Shown in pieces: positions 43,072-43,090 of a stretch of DNA of 43,090 bases. Location: positions 1-43,090 of IMG/VR virus record IMGVR_UViG_3300020045_000650. One strand, given 5' to 3'. How positions within the stretch are numbered: position 1 is the first letter of the stretch; each line of letters opens with the position of its first letter. A program made the translations under genes and the position numbers. The notes beneath the pieces were generated by a model. The model saw nothing but the letters and a program-made list of their open reading frames with translations, was not told where the DNA came from and made no database searches. Source of the stretch: a virus (Duplodnaviria; Caudoviricetes).

Positions 43072-43090
43072 GAGCCCTCCTGAGATTCAA
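42970..43090. repeat. Terminal direct repeat, right copy
   Basis: Identical to 1-121. Confidence 0.95.

Noticed and set aside
1-43090. Alternative genetic code or intron/intein-split genes
   Set aside because: Core genes are intact and of normal length in the standard code, with dense packing; no intein or intron signatures noticed

Overview
The window is an apparently complete ~42.97 kb tailed-phage genome; bases 1-121 recur exactly at 42970-43090, so it circularises. Its major capsid protein, head genes and replication cassette resemble what I recall of the PA73/KL1-type (Septimatrevirus-like) siphoviruses. The + arm carries an HTH gene, primase-helicase, small early genes, a DUF5664 dNTP diphosphohydrolase, VRR-NUC, ThyX, lysis genes, terminase, head, tail and tailspike. 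The - arm carries an AAA ATPase, DUF669 SSB, Cas4-like nuclease, SF2 helicase, clamp-like protein and family-B DNA polymerase. I saw no integrase, tRNA or CRISPR, so it is probably virulent; the host cannot be determined from the sequence. The strongest unexplained signal is the 9-mer CTGTGGGCA (consensus YCTGTGGGCAW). I counted at least 36 exact copies by eye, against ~0.3 expected by chance. They lie across the whole genome in both orientations and in different reading frames, and one sits in a promoter spacer, which points to a genome-wide protein-binding-site system. Other notable items are regularly spaced ~100-150 bp GC-rich islands, candidate DNA-binding proteins, a head-protein/polysaccharide-deacetylase fusion, an atypical single spanin-like gene, candidate small RNAs, and small cassettes flanked by direct repeats. 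All family assignments come from motif recognition by eye, not database searches.
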